64,000 bases of DNA from an uncultured Gemmatimonadales bacterium (GCA_963793305.1 CAWBZV010000005.1:576001-640000), one strand, 5' to 3'. Counted from the stretch's first letter, positions 1-10,597 are shown. The notes: generated by a model not told the origin, from the sequence alone. Program-made: numbers and translations.

Positions 1-2
1 GG

Positions 3-554
3 TTGATGGCCCCGCTCCCTTCTCCGCCGATCGAGGAGGAGGTCCCCACGGACACCGCGCCGGCGCTGGTGGTCCTGACGACGCATGCCGACTCCACCGT
101 CCGCGGCCACCATCCTGGCGCCGTGTGCTCTCTCGTGAAGCCCTGGACCGAGCACGACATTGATGAAACGATCGGGCGCGTTCGCGCGTGGATCCGACCG
201 CGGCGCGCGCATCCTACGGACCGCTACTCGAATCGGCTGGCCCTGTGCTCAAACCATGGGATCATGTTGGTCGAGACGACCGTCATTGACTGGATCGAAG
301 CGACCGACACCTGTGCCGTGGTGCACGTGGGAGACCATGCCCAGCCGGTTCGTGACACCATCAGTGATCTCGATCGGGCGCTGGATCCGAATCGATTCGC
401 CCGTGTCAGCCGCACGGCCATCGTCAACGTCGAGCGGGTCCGCGCGGTTCGCCCCGAGCCCGGTCGGCGCTATGTCCTGTGGCTCGTCAACGGGGCGCGC
501 ATCGTCACCAACCGCATGCGACCGGGATTCGTCGCCCCTTCGCTCGGGCTGTAA
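3..554 (+). CDS. LytTR-family DNA-binding regulator (degenerate or partial receiver; may start before the window)
   Basis: C-terminal LytTR motifs IDWIEA..., RDTISDL...LDPNRFARVSRTAIVN; residual receiver VVLTT...LVKPW. Confidence 0.8.
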   Translation: MMAPLPSPPIEEEVPTDTAPALVVLTTHADSTVRGHHPGAVCSLVKPWTEHDIDETIGRVRAWIRPRRAHPTDRYSNRLALCSNHGIMLVETTVIDWIEATDTCAVVHVGDHAQPVRDTISDLDRALDPNRFARVSRTAIVNVERVRAVRPEPGRRYVLWLVNGARIVTNRMRPGFVAPSLGL

Positions 555-578
555 GCCGTCGCCGTCCACCCTTGTCGT

Positions 579-1499
579 TCATACTGCGAGCAGTCGCTCG
601 TAGACATTGGCATCGACATTGCCGCCGCTGACGATGCAGCACACGTGAGCGCCGCGAAAGCGAGATGGGCTCGACAGCAGCGCCGCGACGCTGAGTGCCC
701 CGGTCGGTTCCGCTTTGAGATGCGCATCGGTGAACAACATGCGCATCGCATCCCGAATCGCATCCTCGGAGACTTCGATCGCGCCGTGTACGGTGCTTTG
801 GAGCACCGCCCAGGGCATGACTCCGACGCGTCGGCCGCGCGCCCCATCGGCAATGGTCGATGACTCGTGTTTGAGCGGCACGATCCGGCCCGTGGCCAGC
901 GACCGGGCGAAGTCGTTCGCCAGGGCGGGCTCGGCCACCCACATGGGGGTTGGCCGACCACCGACCTCGAGGCCCGTCACGATTCCCGCGGCGAGTCCTC
1001 CCCCTCCGATCGGGGCGATCACCGCGTCGAATGCGCGAGCGGCCAGCTGATACCCGAGCGTGGCGTAGCCGGCGATCACGAGCGGATCATCGTGGGGTGT
1101 CGCGATATAGGCCTCGCGTTCCTCTTGAACGCACTCCCTCACTTTTGCCTCGCGCGTCATCACGCTGAGGTCGCAGAGCTCCAGGACGCCACCATACGCG
1201 CGAACCGCGTCCATCTTCACGCGGCTCGCGGTCGTTGCCATGACGATCCGGCATCGCTTCCCAGCGTGCTGGCACGCCAGGGCGAGCGCTGCGCCGAAGT
1301 TTCCGGAGCTGGCCGAGATGACGACCCGGTGCGGAATGTGGCGGACGAGATGATACGCGCCGCGAAAGGCAAAGCTGCCGGTCCATTGCATCGTCTCGCT
1401 CGCCAAGACCACTTTGGCTCCGACGCGCGCTGACAGCTGGGGCGCGTCGATGAACGTGGTCGGGCGAGGGTCGGGGATGACTACCGTTGCGACACTCAT
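579..1499 (-). CDS. Threonine/serine dehydratase-like fold-type II PLP protein lacking the Schiff-base lysine
   Basis: Motifs SSGNFG, PIGGGGL, AEPTGA, SGGN; GSFAFRGA in place of GSFKxRGA; RBS GGAG before ATG 1499. Confidence 0.85.
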   Translation of the reverse strand: MSVATVVIPDPRPTTFIDAPQLSARVGAKVVLASETMQWTGSFAFRGAYHLVRHIPHRVVISASSGNFGAALALACQHAGKRCRIVMATTASRVKMDAVRAYGGVLELCDLSVMTREAKVRECVQEEREAYIATPHDDPLVIAGYATLGYQLAARAFDAVIAPIGGGGLAAGIVTGLEVGGRPTPMWVAEPALANDFARSLATGRIVPLKHESSTIADGARGRRVGVMPWAVLQSTVHGAIEVSEDAIRDAMRMLFTDAHLKAEPTGALSVAALLSSPSRFRGAHVCCIVSGGNVDANVYERLLAV

Positions 1500-1579
1500 G
1501 ACCCCTCTCCAGTCCCCGATGGCGCTACCTGTCGCTCGAGCGCCAGGCTCGATCCAACCTGGAGGGGATGACTGGTCCG

Positions 1580-1597
1580 GTCTTGAACGAACGCAAC
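1580..1597 (-). promoter_or_regulatory. 18-bp regulon motif GTTGCGTTCGTTCAAGAC
   Basis: CAGGTT -10-like hexamer 18 bp downstream; upstream of the dehydratase-like gene. Confidence 0.7.
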
Positions 1598-1637
1598 GTC
1601 GGTCGATTTGAGGTTGCGCATAGCGCCTGAGCCATAT

Positions 1638-1655
1638 GTTGCGTGCGTTCAATAC
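1638..1655 (+). promoter_or_regulatory. 18-bp regulon motif GTTGCGTGCGTTCAATAC
   Basis: CAGACT 18 bp downstream; upstream of the gene at 1766. Confidence 0.65.
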
Positions 1656-1765
1656 GGTAGCGGGCCGGTGATTCAGACTTTGGACCTATCGCTTCTTGAT
1701 AGGTATGCTCGCCGCAGCGATGCTTGGTCCTACCATGCTTCACCACACACTTGCAAACTGGAGCG

Positions 1766-4136
1766 ATGACGCTACGCGTGATCGTGCTCGCGACGATCGG
1801 CCTCATGGCCATGGTGAGTCCGACTCCTCGAGCGGCGGACGATCCGCTGCGCCTGCCGACCGGGCTCCGACTCGATCCCGCTGGCCGCTCGATCCCGGTC
1901 GGCAATATGCCACTCGCTGCGCTGGCATCTCCCGATGGCCGATGGCTGGTCTTAAGCCTCTCCGGATACCGCGAGCAGGGCATTGAGGTCGTCGACCGCG
2001 CGTCCGGCGCGGTCGCGCAGCGCATCGCGCAGCCCGGCGCGTTCCTCGGGCTCGCCTGGAGCACTGATGGCGGCACGCTCTACGCATCAGGCGGGGTAGC
2101 CGATGCCGTGTACATATATAGTTGGCGGCCCGACTCCACCCACCCGGCCACATTGGCCGACAGCATCGCGCTCGGCCACCCCGACTCCACCAATCCGGGT
2201 ACGCGCTATCCCGCCGGCATCGCGCTCTCGCCCGACGGCCGCACGATGTACGTCGCCGAGAATCTGAGCGACTCGCTCGCCGTCATCGACCTCGCCATCC
2301 GTCGTGTCACCCAGCGCGTCAGCCTCGGTCCGTTCCCCTACGGGGTGGCCGTCGCCCCTAACGGCGACGTGTACGCGTCGGCGTGGGGCGCAGACTATGT
2401 CTCGGTATTCCACGCGAATGCCAACCGTCGGCTCACCGCCGATCGCGTCATCGAACGTCGGACGCCACCCGTCGGCACTCCTCTTCAACACCGATGGCAG
2501 CCGCTTGTTCGTCGCGTCGGCCAGCACGGACCGCGTCAGTGTGGTCGACCCCAAATCGCCCCGCGTCATCCGCTGGCTGCTCGATGCACCGCCCGATGGT
2601 GTGACCGAGGGCAGCACCCCGAACGCGCTGGCGCTGTCCCAGGACGGCACGCGGTTGTTCGTGGCCGAGGCCGACGCGAACGCAGTCGCCGTATTCGACC
2701 TCGCATCGAACACTCTGACCGGGCGCATTCCGACCGAGTGGTATCCGTCGGCGATCGTCGTCACGGGCGACTCCCTGTGGGTCGTCAATGGGAAGGGCCG
2801 CGGCGCCGGTCCGAACCCCCGCGGCAAGCAACCCAACATCGCGATCACCAAGACGAACGCCGCGAGCTATACGCTCGGACAGCTGAGTGGCACCGTCACG
2901 GTTGTCCCCGCCGCCCACGGCGTCGCACTGGACTCGCTGTCGGCCCGCGTCTCACGCGCGAACGGATGGAACCGACCGCGCGCACCGCGTGCGCACTATC
3001 CACCGTTCACGCACGTGGTCTACATCATCAAAGAGAACCGGACCTACGACCAGGTGTTCGGCGATCTCTCGCAGGCCGACGGCGACACGTCGCTCCTCTT
3101 CTTCCCCCGCCTGATCTCGCCCAACCATCACGCGCTCGCGGAGCGATTCGGGATCTTCGACCGGTTCTTCACGAACGCCGAGGTGAGTGAGCAAGGGCAT
3201 CAGTGGTCGATGGGCGCGTACGTGACGGACTACGCCGAGAAAACCACGTCCTCCACCTATCGCGGCAAGCGCCCGGAGCCGGACGAGCTGGGCGAAACGG
3301 ACGAACCGGCCAACGGATACTTGTATGACGCCGCGCGAAAGAAAGGCATCACGTTCCGGGATTACGGCGAGTTTGCCGAGACCCTACAACCTGACTCCAC
3401 CCGTCCGCCCATCTACCGCGCGGGCAAAGCTGCGCTCGCGCCATTCACCAGTTCGATTTATCCGCCATTCGACCTCGCCGTGCGCGATCAGGTCAGAGCG
3501 GACGCATGGCTCACCGAGCTGCACGAGTTCGAGCGCAGCGGACGGATGCCGGCGCTCGAGATTCTGCACCTGCCCTCGGACCACACGTCCGGCTCGCGGC
3601 CCGGCATGCCCACGCCCCGAGCCTACATGGCCGACAACGACCTCGCGCTCGGACGCATCATCGAAGGACTCTCGCGGTCACCGTTCTGGGCCCACACCGT
3701 CGTGTTCGTTCTCGAGGACGATGCCCAGGATGGGCCGGACCACGTCGACTCGCACCGCTCCGTGATGCTGGCGATCTCGGCGTGGAATCGCGGCGGTGTG
3801 CTGCATCGGTTCGTCAATACCACCGACGTCATGGCGACCATCGAAGAGATACTGGGACTCGGGTCGCTGTCCCAGTTCGACCATTTCGGCCGGCCATTGC
3901 GCGACATCTGGAGCACCCATCCCGACGTGCGCCCGTATGTGGCGCTCACACCAGCGCAGCCGCTGGCCGAGCTGAACATCGCCTCGGGTCCGGACCCTGA
4001 CGTCGACTACTCGCGTCCGGATCGCGTCGACGACGTGTTATTCAATCACCTCCTGTGGAGTCAGATCAAAGGATCGAACGTGCCGTATCCCACCATTCAC
4101 CGCGCTGCGATGCAGGAATTCGTCCGCGGACAATGA
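1766..4136 (+). CDS. Secreted YncE/YVTN beta-propeller plus phosphoesterase (alkaline phosphatase superfamily); +1 frameshift at ~2455
   Basis: Signal peptide, SPDG-type propeller repeats, YIIKENRTYDQVFGD, EDDAQDGPDHVDSHRS; ORFs 1724+ and 2304+ join by removing one A at 2454-2455. Confidence 0.85.
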
Positions 4137-4281
4137 CGCGCATGCGAGCGCGCGGCGCGACCCCGCAGCTCCTCGCTGGCGGGCTAGCCGATGACCCTGA
4201 TGTCCGGGTACGCGTCGCCGTGTCACGCAACCCATGGGGAACAACGGGGTCAGCGATACCGCACGCCGTCGCCCATCGGCA

Positions 4282-6192
4282 TCATGCGGACCCATGTTTC
4301 GTCGTCCCAGCGGCGGCGAACGGATCCATCGACGCGAACGCCCGCCGGAGCTGATCGTCCGTCAGCAGCGGGAGCTGTGGGAGCAGCGGCGCGCGCGGAT
4401 CGAGGTGCGCAATTTCCGACGCATGCGCCGCGAGCCAATCCAGCAGCCCCCGCATGATCCTCGCATTCGCTTGCCCGTGCGGCGACGCGTCACCAATGTT
4501 GGGACTGATGATCGCACCTAACGCGAGGCGCGGCCGCAGCGCAAACGCGACTTCCGACAGCTTGGCTCTGAACTCGAGATCGGCGGTGGGCAGGTCGAGG
4601 CCGAGCGCATTGTCGATCGCGTGTCGCCCTTCGTGCGCGAAGATCGAACTTTCCTCGAACGCTCGTCCGTACTCACCTTCGAATGCGGCCTCCAGCACGA
4701 GACCGCTGTCGCCGGATTGCCGGAGCGAGTCGAGGAGCGACGGCATACCGTCGCGCTGCAGGCGTTCGGCAACGCCGGCAAAGTACGCCATCGGGTGCGC
4801 GGCGGCGCTCGCCGCATCGGCCACGCTGTCTGCGGCGATGCGTCGTGTCTGCTTGGCGACCTCGGTCAGGTCGGTCATCTGGCGCCACATCATGATGGGC
4901 TGTGTCACATAGCCACGACGGATCTCGACAATGAGGTTCTTGTTCCCCCAGCCGCCATGCGACGCCCTGCCGTCCCACGCCCACGTCTGGTAGCCATTGG
5001 AGACCATGCCGTCGAGGACCACGAGTCGCACGGTCGCCTCGTGTCCATACTGACGCACCGTGCGGCGGTCATCCACGACACGGTGACCCATGTGCAGGTC
5101 GAATTGGCCGGCCGTCTCACCGACATTGACGACCACGTTGAAGCGCTGATCCAGCACGCGCGTGACGCTATCGAAGGTTATCGACGCCGTCGGGGCGCGT
5201 CCGGTCAGTCGCGACCATACGGCCCGCCCGTGTCGTTCGATGTCGCGCCGCCAGCCCGCTGAATCGCCGCGTCCGAGCGCGATCTGTCGGTAGTATGCGT
5301 TGGTCGTTTGGACGAGTGTGTCGAGGAAGTCATGATAGGCGACGATCGCGACGAGGCGTGGGTCGAGTCTCTGCGTCTGCCGATCACGTGCCAAGAGCGC
5401 CGCTTCATCGAAAAGACCTGACGCCGCGAGGGCGACCGCTGTCGCCGCGGCGCGCGCGCCGGAGAGTGGGTCGGGATCGTGAGCCAGCATCTTCTCGAGG
5501 GTGCGACGTTGCGCCGCCAGCGGCCCGTGAAGCGAATCGCCGGTGCCGATCAGATAGTACGAGCGCCATCCCTCGCGGATCGCGTCACCGTCCATCGTGA
5601 GCACCCCACCCCGCACGAGCAAGCGCGCCGGATCGAGTGACCCCGGCGATCGGCGTACGACATCCTTCAACCGCGCGACGACTGCCGAGAGCGAGTCGGG
5701 TGAGGGCCCACTCCCAGATCGTGCTCTGGACGCATGCTCAAATCGCGCCGTGGCCAATGCTTGGAGCGCGAGCACTGAATCGGACGCCGGCCCCGTCACG
5801 GACAAGGCCTCCGCAGCGTCACGTTCCGCCTCGTCGTATTGGCCATACTCGGTCAGCATGCGAGCGCGTTCCCGCAACGACGCACCCCGGCCGTCGGGAA
5901 CGATCGCCAGTGAGTCGAGCAGCCGCGCGGCCGTGACCGTGTCCCGGTGAATGCGCCAGGCGATAGTGGCCAAGGTCGTGAACGCCTCGATGCGATCGGC
6001 GGACGTGGTATCGGTCGCGATGACGTCGTGGTACGCCCGCGCAGCCGCATCGAGGTCATTGGCAATGAACGCCGCGCGAGCACGATCAATCGCTCCGTCA
6101 TCGCGACCGACTGGAGAGAGCACGGCGAGTGCGGACGCGAGAACCATCCGCCGCGCGACGTGAGGGAGTGGCACGAGCACCCATGCGTCCAT
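4282..6192 (-). CDS. Secreted helical (TPR-like) protein with a C-terminal HExxH zincin-like motif
   Basis: Signal-like N-terminus, helical repeats, IFAHEGRHAID...EFRAKLSE. Confidence 0.6.
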   Translation of the reverse strand: MDAWVLVPLPHVARRMVLASALAVLSPVGRDDGAIDRARAAFIANDLDAAARAYHDVIATDTTSADRIEAFTTLATIAWRIHRDTVTAARLLDSLAIVPDGRGASLRERARMLTEYGQYDEAERDAAEALSVTGPASDSVLALQALATARFEHASRARSGSGPSPDSLSAVVARLKDVVRRSPGSLDPARLLVRGGVLTMDGDAIREGWRSYYLIGTGDSLHGPLAAQRRTLEKMLAHDPDPLSGARAAATAVALAASGLFDEAALLARDRQTQRLDPRLVAIVAYHDFLDTLVQTTNAYYRQIALGRGDSAGWRRDIERHGRAVWSRLTGRAPTASITFDSVTRVLDQRFNVVVNVGETAGQFDLHMGHRVVDDRRTVRQYGHEATVRLVVLDGMVSNGYQTWAWDGRASHGGWGNKNLIVEIRRGYVTQPIMMWRQMTDLTEVAKQTRRIAADSVADAASAAAHPMAYFAGVAERLQRDGMPSLLDSLRQSGDSGLVLEAAFEGEYGRAFEESSIFAHEGRHAIDNALGLDLPTADLEFRAKLSEVAFALRPRLALGAIISPNIGDASPHGQANARIMRGLLDWLAAHASEIAHLDPRAPLLPQLPLLTDDQLRRAFASMDPFAAAGTTKHGSA

Positions 6193-6203
6193 CGACCGTG
6201 ACC

Positions 6204-6547
6204 TCACGTGCCCCACTCGGCGCGCGGGGGAGAAAGATGTCGAGCTCCACCGTGTCCTCGAGCGCGAGAGCGCGGTGGGGAACATTCGCGGGAACGTGCA
6301 GCACCTCACCGGCGCTCACCACGACGCGCTGCTCGTCGTGTGGCCCGATCCAGAACTGCAGCTTGCCCTCCAACACGTACGTGAGCTGCTCGTTCTCGTG
6401 CTGATGGGGTTCGACAACGCAGCCACGGCGCCGGAACGCGCGCGTGAGCGTGAGGCGGTCACCAGAGATGACGTGCCGGCGAAGATCGGGAGACTCGATG
6501 GGCGGGATCTCGTCCCATCGATACAATGTGCCCGAACTATCATCCAT
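6204..6547 (-). CDS. Cupin domain protein; one base missing in the A-run at 6233-6235
   Basis: HQHENEQLTYVLEG, VPANVPH; restoring one T gives the conserved end DIFSPPRAEWGT* and removes the overlap with the next gene. Confidence 0.85.
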
Positions 6548-7454
6548 CAGCATGCTCCACGCCCACGACAAAGGAGTCGTCGGGCGCGACGTAGGCGTAC
6601 GCCATTCGGGTGGTGTTGAACGCGAAGCCGCTGGTGCCGTCGGCGCCGATGAGGATCAACCCCCCATTCCCTCGACCGCGGAGGCGCAGGTGGCCTGCCG
6701 AGAGTCGTGCGGCCTCGCGGGGCGTGTGCCCGCTGCGGAGGTACTCGACCGCAGTCTTCGCCAGCACCACGCGCATGATCGCTTCGCCCAAACCCGTGCA
6801 CGACACCCCGCCGGCCTCGGCATCGGCGTAGCACCCACAGCCGATCAGCGAGGAGTCGCCGACACGACCGCGATGCTTGCAGAGCGTCCCGCCGGTCGAC
6901 GTACCGGCCACGAGCCCACCCGTGCTATCGATGGCGACGGCTCCGACAGTGCCCATGGCGTGCTCGGTCGTGAAGTCCGAGAGCCCAGCGTCCGGCCTGC
7001 CGCGCCACTCGAGCCACGCGGCGCGCTCGCGTTCGACCACCAGCTCCGACGGGTCGCAGAGTGGCAGTCCTTGCTCTGCGGCGAATTGTCGGGCGCCCTC
7101 CCCGACCAGCATCATGTGCTCGCCAAGCTCGAGGATCCGTCGGGCGAGGGTGATCGGGTTGCGCACCCCGCGCACGCCGGCAACGGCACCCGCGTTCAGT
7201 GTGACGCCGTCCATGATCATCGCATCCAGCTCGACGTAGCCATCCCGATTGAGGTGCGACCCCGTCCCTGCATCGAACACGGGGCGGTCCTCCAGGACCC
7301 GAATGGCCGACTCCACCGCGTCGAACGCGCTCCCGCCACGCGAAAGGATCGCCCAACCCGCGGCGAGCGCGTCGTGGCAACCGGCGCGACAGTCGGCGAC
7401 CGCCGCGTCGGGGATGTTCCAGGCACCGCCGTGTACGATGAGCGATGGGTGCAT
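6540..7454 (-). CDS. iaaA: Isoaspartyl peptidase/L-asparaginase (Ntn hydrolase)
   Basis: IVHGGA, ELDAMIMDG, catalytic GTVGAVA, GTSTGG, GRVGDS; alternative start 7463. Confidence 0.9.
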   Translation of the reverse strand: MHPSLIVHGGAWNIPDAAVADCRAGCHDALAAGWAILSRGGSAFDAVESAIRVLEDRPVFDAGTGSHLNRDGYVELDAMIMDGVTLNAGAVAGVRGVRNPITLARRILELGEHMMLVGEGARQFAAEQGLPLCDPSELVVERERAAWLEWRGRPDAGLSDFTTEHAMGTVGAVAIDSTGGLVAGTSTGGTLCKHRGRVGDSSLIGCGCYADAEAGGVSCTGLGEAIMRVVLAKTAVEYLRSGHTPREAARLSAGHLRLRGRGNGGLILIGADGTSGFAFNTTRMAYAYVAPDDSFVVGVEHADG

Positions 7455-7462
7455 AGGGGTCA

Positions 7463-7490
7463 TTGTATACAACGGCTGAGAATTGTATAC
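7463..7490. promoter_or_regulatory. Two GntR-type operator boxes: TTGTATACAA (7463-7472) and TTGTATAC (7483-7490)
   Basis: Perfect palindrome plus a partial copy in the ~50-bp gap between the divergent asparaginase and GntR genes. Confidence 0.7.
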
Positions 7491-7503
7491 TCCAGCAGTC
7501 TCG

Positions 7504-8265
7504 ATGTCCAGACGCGCAACCGGATCCACTCTCGTGGCGCCCCACGGCGAGCGAGCCGACCAGGCCTACGATCGACTCCTGGCGCTCATCGTGCGTGGCC
7601 GCCTGGCGTCTGGCACCCGCGTGACGGAGGCCGCCCTGGCGCTTGAGCTGGGCATGAGTCGGACGCCGGTTCGCTCGGCGCTCGACCGGCTCACCCAAGA
7701 GCGTTTTGTGGTTCCGGCGTCGGCGGGCTTGCGCGTCGAACTCGTCGTCGCCCCCCTCACCGAGGCCGATATTCGGGAGCTGTGGACGGTCATGGCCGCG
7801 CTCGAGGGCGCCGCCGCTCTGGGGCTCGATGACATGGCGCGCACCACGCTCCGGCGACTGGCCTTCGCTATGCGAGCGACGAACGACGAGCTGGCGCGCC
7901 TCACCCGGAAGCGTTCGCGCCCGACGGATCGGATCGGCGAGCTGATGGCGCACTTTCACATGCTCTTCATGGACACCTGTGCGGGGCCGCGCCTGCGGAC
8001 GCTCCATGCGTCGGTCCTCCCGCACGTGCAGCGGTACGAGTGGGCCTATCATCCGACCCACGACTACGAGCCATCCATCGCCGAGCACGCCACGATCTGC
8101 CAAAAGATCGAGTCGGGCGATCACAAGCGCCTGCGCACCCTCATCGAATCGCACTGGACATGTGGTATGGAGCGGCGCCTCGAACAGACTCGCACCGCGG
8201 TCGCCACCATCAGCCCGCCGCGATCCGCTATCTCGGCCCGTTGGCCGATAGGCCCGCGTTCGTGA
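7504..8265 (+). CDS. GntR-family regulator (FCD domain)
   Basis: wHTH LALELGMSRTPVRSAL; FCD motifs FH...SIAEHATI. Confidence 0.9.
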   Translation: MSRRATGSTLVAPHGERADQAYDRLLALIVRGRLASGTRVTEAALALELGMSRTPVRSALDRLTQERFVVPASAGLRVELVVAPLTEADIRELWTVMAALEGAAALGLDDMARTTLRRLAFAMRATNDELARLTRKRSRPTDRIGELMAHFHMLFMDTCAGPRLRTLHASVLPHVQRYEWAYHPTHDYEPSIAEHATICQKIESGDHKRLRTLIESHWTCGMERRLEQTRTAVATISPPRSAISARWPIGPRS

Positions 8266-9097
8266 GGGGATGCGGCCGGTCGGCGGGGTGCGTGGTCACG
8301 CGCAGCTCGTACAGGTGGCCGCGCTCGACCTCTTCCAACTGTGAGAGCAACAGATTGAGATCATCGTATGGGCTGAGATACCGGCCGGTCAGCGCGTCGA
8401 CCTTGCCCGACGCCAGCGTCAGTGCGAGATGCGCGGAGCGCTCGGGCGGAATGTCCAAGCCCTGGTCGAAGATCCGGCGGAACCAGGGCAGCCACCGCTG
8501 GCCTTCAGCGGTGCCGAGCGCCTGCTCGGCCATTGCCGTCCGCACAGTGCCAGGCGACATCGCGAATGCGGTGACCCCGTATGGCTTCGCCTCGAGGGCT
8601 ACGCACTCGGTCAACCGCACGAGCGCTGTCTTGCTGGTTTGGTAGGCCGATAGGTAGGCCATCGATCCCATACCAGTCACAAGGTTGATGACTCGCCCGC
8701 GTCGGCGCCCGATCATGCCGGGCAACGCCGCTCGCATCGTGAGCCATGGTCCGCGCGCGTTGACGTCGATCGCGCGCCACCAGTCGTCGAGGTTGGATTC
8801 CCAGAGTGGACCGAACGGACCGGCCACGCCGGCGTTATTGACGAGGATGTCAATCGGGCCGACGGCGGCCATCACCGCATCAACCGCTCGCGGATTGGTG
8901 ACATCCAGAACAATCGCTCTCGCGCGTCCTCCGCGCTCCACGATGGATGTGACCGTCTCGTCGAGCTCATCCCGAGAACGAGCGCACACGACCACGAAGG
9001 CGCCCGCGTGTGCGAATGTCTGGGCGATCGCTCGCCCGATGCCGCGGCCGCCACCGGTGACGACCGCCGTCATTCCCTCGAGTGCATTCTCGGACAC
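8228..9097 (-). CDS. SDR-family oxidoreductase
   Basis: TGGGRGIG, NNAG, YQTSK. Confidence 0.9.
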   Translation of the reverse strand: MSENALEGMTAVVTGGGRGIGRAIAQTFAHAGAFVVVCARSRDELDETVTSIVERGGRARAIVLDVTNPRAVDAVMAAVGPIDILVNNAGVAGPFGPLWESNLDDWWRAIDVNARGPWLTMRAALPGMIGRRRGRVINLVTGMGSMAYLSAYQTSKTALVRLTECVALEAKPYGVTAFAMSPGTVRTAMAEQALGTAEGQRWLPWFRRIFDQGLDIPPERSAHLALTLASGKVDALTGRYLSPYDDLNLLLSQLEEVERGHLYELRVTTHPADRPHPLTNAGLSANGPR

Positions 9098-9105
9098 GAG
9101 CTATT

Positions 9106-9669
9106 TCAATTCGGCTGGAATCCCGCGGCGCGGAGGAGGGAACGCTCCAATTTTCCGGTACTTGGGCAATAGACCGGCGTCGCGCTCGTCGCCAGGTCGA
9201 TTGCCATCGCCGTCGCCAGCGTCGTGACGCGCGTATTCTGTGCGTCTTTCGCGCTCAAGGTCGAGACGACGGAGATACTGAGCTGATACGAGTCGGCGCG
9301 CGGCGTGCCGATGGTGGCATCATTGCCGCAATCAAAGAACGTCGAGAGATGGGAGCCGAGAAATGTCCTCATCGCGACGATGTGCCTGTTGCCGAGCATG
9401 TGCTGCGCCGGATCGCTGGTCTTGATGTCCACGCCCAGGCTCTGATATGCCGCGTTGAGCGCGGCGTAGGCCGAATCGAGGGGCGCCGACACGACGGTTT
9501 GGTTCCCGACATCGGCGTTGGTGTACACCATGTGTGGTGCCTCGAGCCCATTCTGGGTGCCAGATGCCGTCTCGACGACCTCTCGGATCCCGCCCTCTGG
9601 CGGCGGACCGCCTCCGCTGGTGCATCCCAGCGCGCTCAGCGCCATCGCACAGACCACGACTCGCATCAT
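9106..9669 (-). CDS. Hypothetical lipoprotein
   Basis: AGGAGG RBS, lipobox ALGC, DCG...YCPSTGKLE cysteine pair. Confidence 0.75.
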   Translation of the reverse strand: MMRVVVCAMALSALGCTSGGGPPPEGGIREVVETASGTQNGLEAPHMVYTNADVGNQTVVSAPLDSAYAALNAAYQSLGVDIKTSDPAQHMLGNRHIVAMRTFLGSHLSTFFDCGNDATIGTPRADSYQLSISVVSTLSAKDAQNTRVTTLATAMAIDLATSATPVYCPSTGKLERSLLRAAGFQPN

Positions 9670-9777
9670 GATGGTTCGCCTCCTATTTACCGCCCCTGTC
9701 GAACACGGCATTGATCTTCCATGAAGATGGCGAGCAGCAGAGGCACTGTGATACACTGGTCATGCACTCAGGTCCGC

Positions 9778-9795
9778 GTCTTGAATGAATCCAAC
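9778..9795 (-). promoter_or_regulatory. 18-bp regulon motif GTTGGATTCATTCAAGAC
   Basis: Upstream of the lipoprotein at 9669; CAGTGT 19 bp downstream. Confidence 0.65.
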
Positions 9796-10564
9796 ACCGA
9801 CGCGTCTCTTGACACGCATCGGTCGGCCTCGCAGATCTTCGGCCATGTTCGCATTACCTACCGCTGGTGTTCTCACTCTCAGCCTGCTCGCGTTCGCCAC
9901 CACGCCGCTCCGCGGTCAACCCAGCGTGAGACCGGGGGACGCTGTGCCGCTCGACTCCACGACTGCCTTAACGCCGATCAATGCGCGTGTGGTCTGGGTC
10001 GACTACCGGGGCCGGCGGGCGCTCCACCTGGCTCCGCGGGAGGGACACGAACACGATACCGACCAGCACATGCTGGCGGTGCTCGATCAGACTGACTTCC
10101 ACAACGGCGTGATCGAGGTCGATGTCGCGGGACAGCGGCGCGCAGGCTACTCGACCCGCTCGGATACGCTGGGCTACAAAGGGATGATCGGCGTGACGTT
10201 TCGCCTGCGCGGGGACAGCGGGGAGCGGATCTATGTGCGTCCGCACAATGCTCGCCTCACGGACCAGCTGTATCGGAATTACGCGACGCAATACGAGTCG
10301 ACGCCGGAGTACCCCTTCGATCGACTGCGCCACGAGAGTCCGGGTGTGTACGAGTCGTACGTCGATCTCGAGCCTGGCATGTGGACGAGGCTCACGATCG
10401 AGGTCTCAGGAACGGACGCGCGCCTCTATGTGAACGGCGCAGCGCAACCCTGTCTCATCGTGCATGATCTCAAGCTGGGTGACACGCGCGGAAGGATCGC
10501 ATTGTGGTCGCGGATCAGCACCGACGCGTACTTCTCGAATTTGCGTGTCGCACGGAAGCCATGA
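9785..10564 (+). CDS. Secreted ConA-like (DUF1080-type) beta-sandwich protein
   Basis: Signal peptide; DFHNGVIEVDV, IYVRP, WTRLTIEV, AYFSNLRV; true start may be 9845. Confidence 0.7.
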   Translation: MNPTPTRLLTRIGRPRRSSAMFALPTAGVLTLSLLAFATTPLRGQPSVRPGDAVPLDSTTALTPINARVVWVDYRGRRALHLAPREGHEHDTDQHMLAVLDQTDFHNGVIEVDVAGQRRAGYSTRSDTLGYKGMIGVTFRLRGDSGERIYVRPHNARLTDQLYRNYATQYESTPEYPFDRLRHESPGVYESYVDLEPGMWTRLTIEVSGTDARLYVNGAAQPCLIVHDLKLGDTRGRIALWSRISTDAYFSNLRVARKP

Positions 10565-10579
10565 CGCGACAATCAGGGT

Positions 10580-10597
10580 GTCTAGAATGAATCAAAC
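10580..10597 (-). promoter_or_regulatory. 18-bp regulon motif GTTTGATTCATTCTAGAC
   Basis: Consensus match, divergent from the AraC gene; no clear -10 hexamer. Confidence 0.5.

Noticed and set aside
6444..8154. Long antisense ORFs (6444-7646+, 6925-8154-) and many similar ones
   Set aside because: Shadow ORFs of high-GC genes with no recognisable motifs
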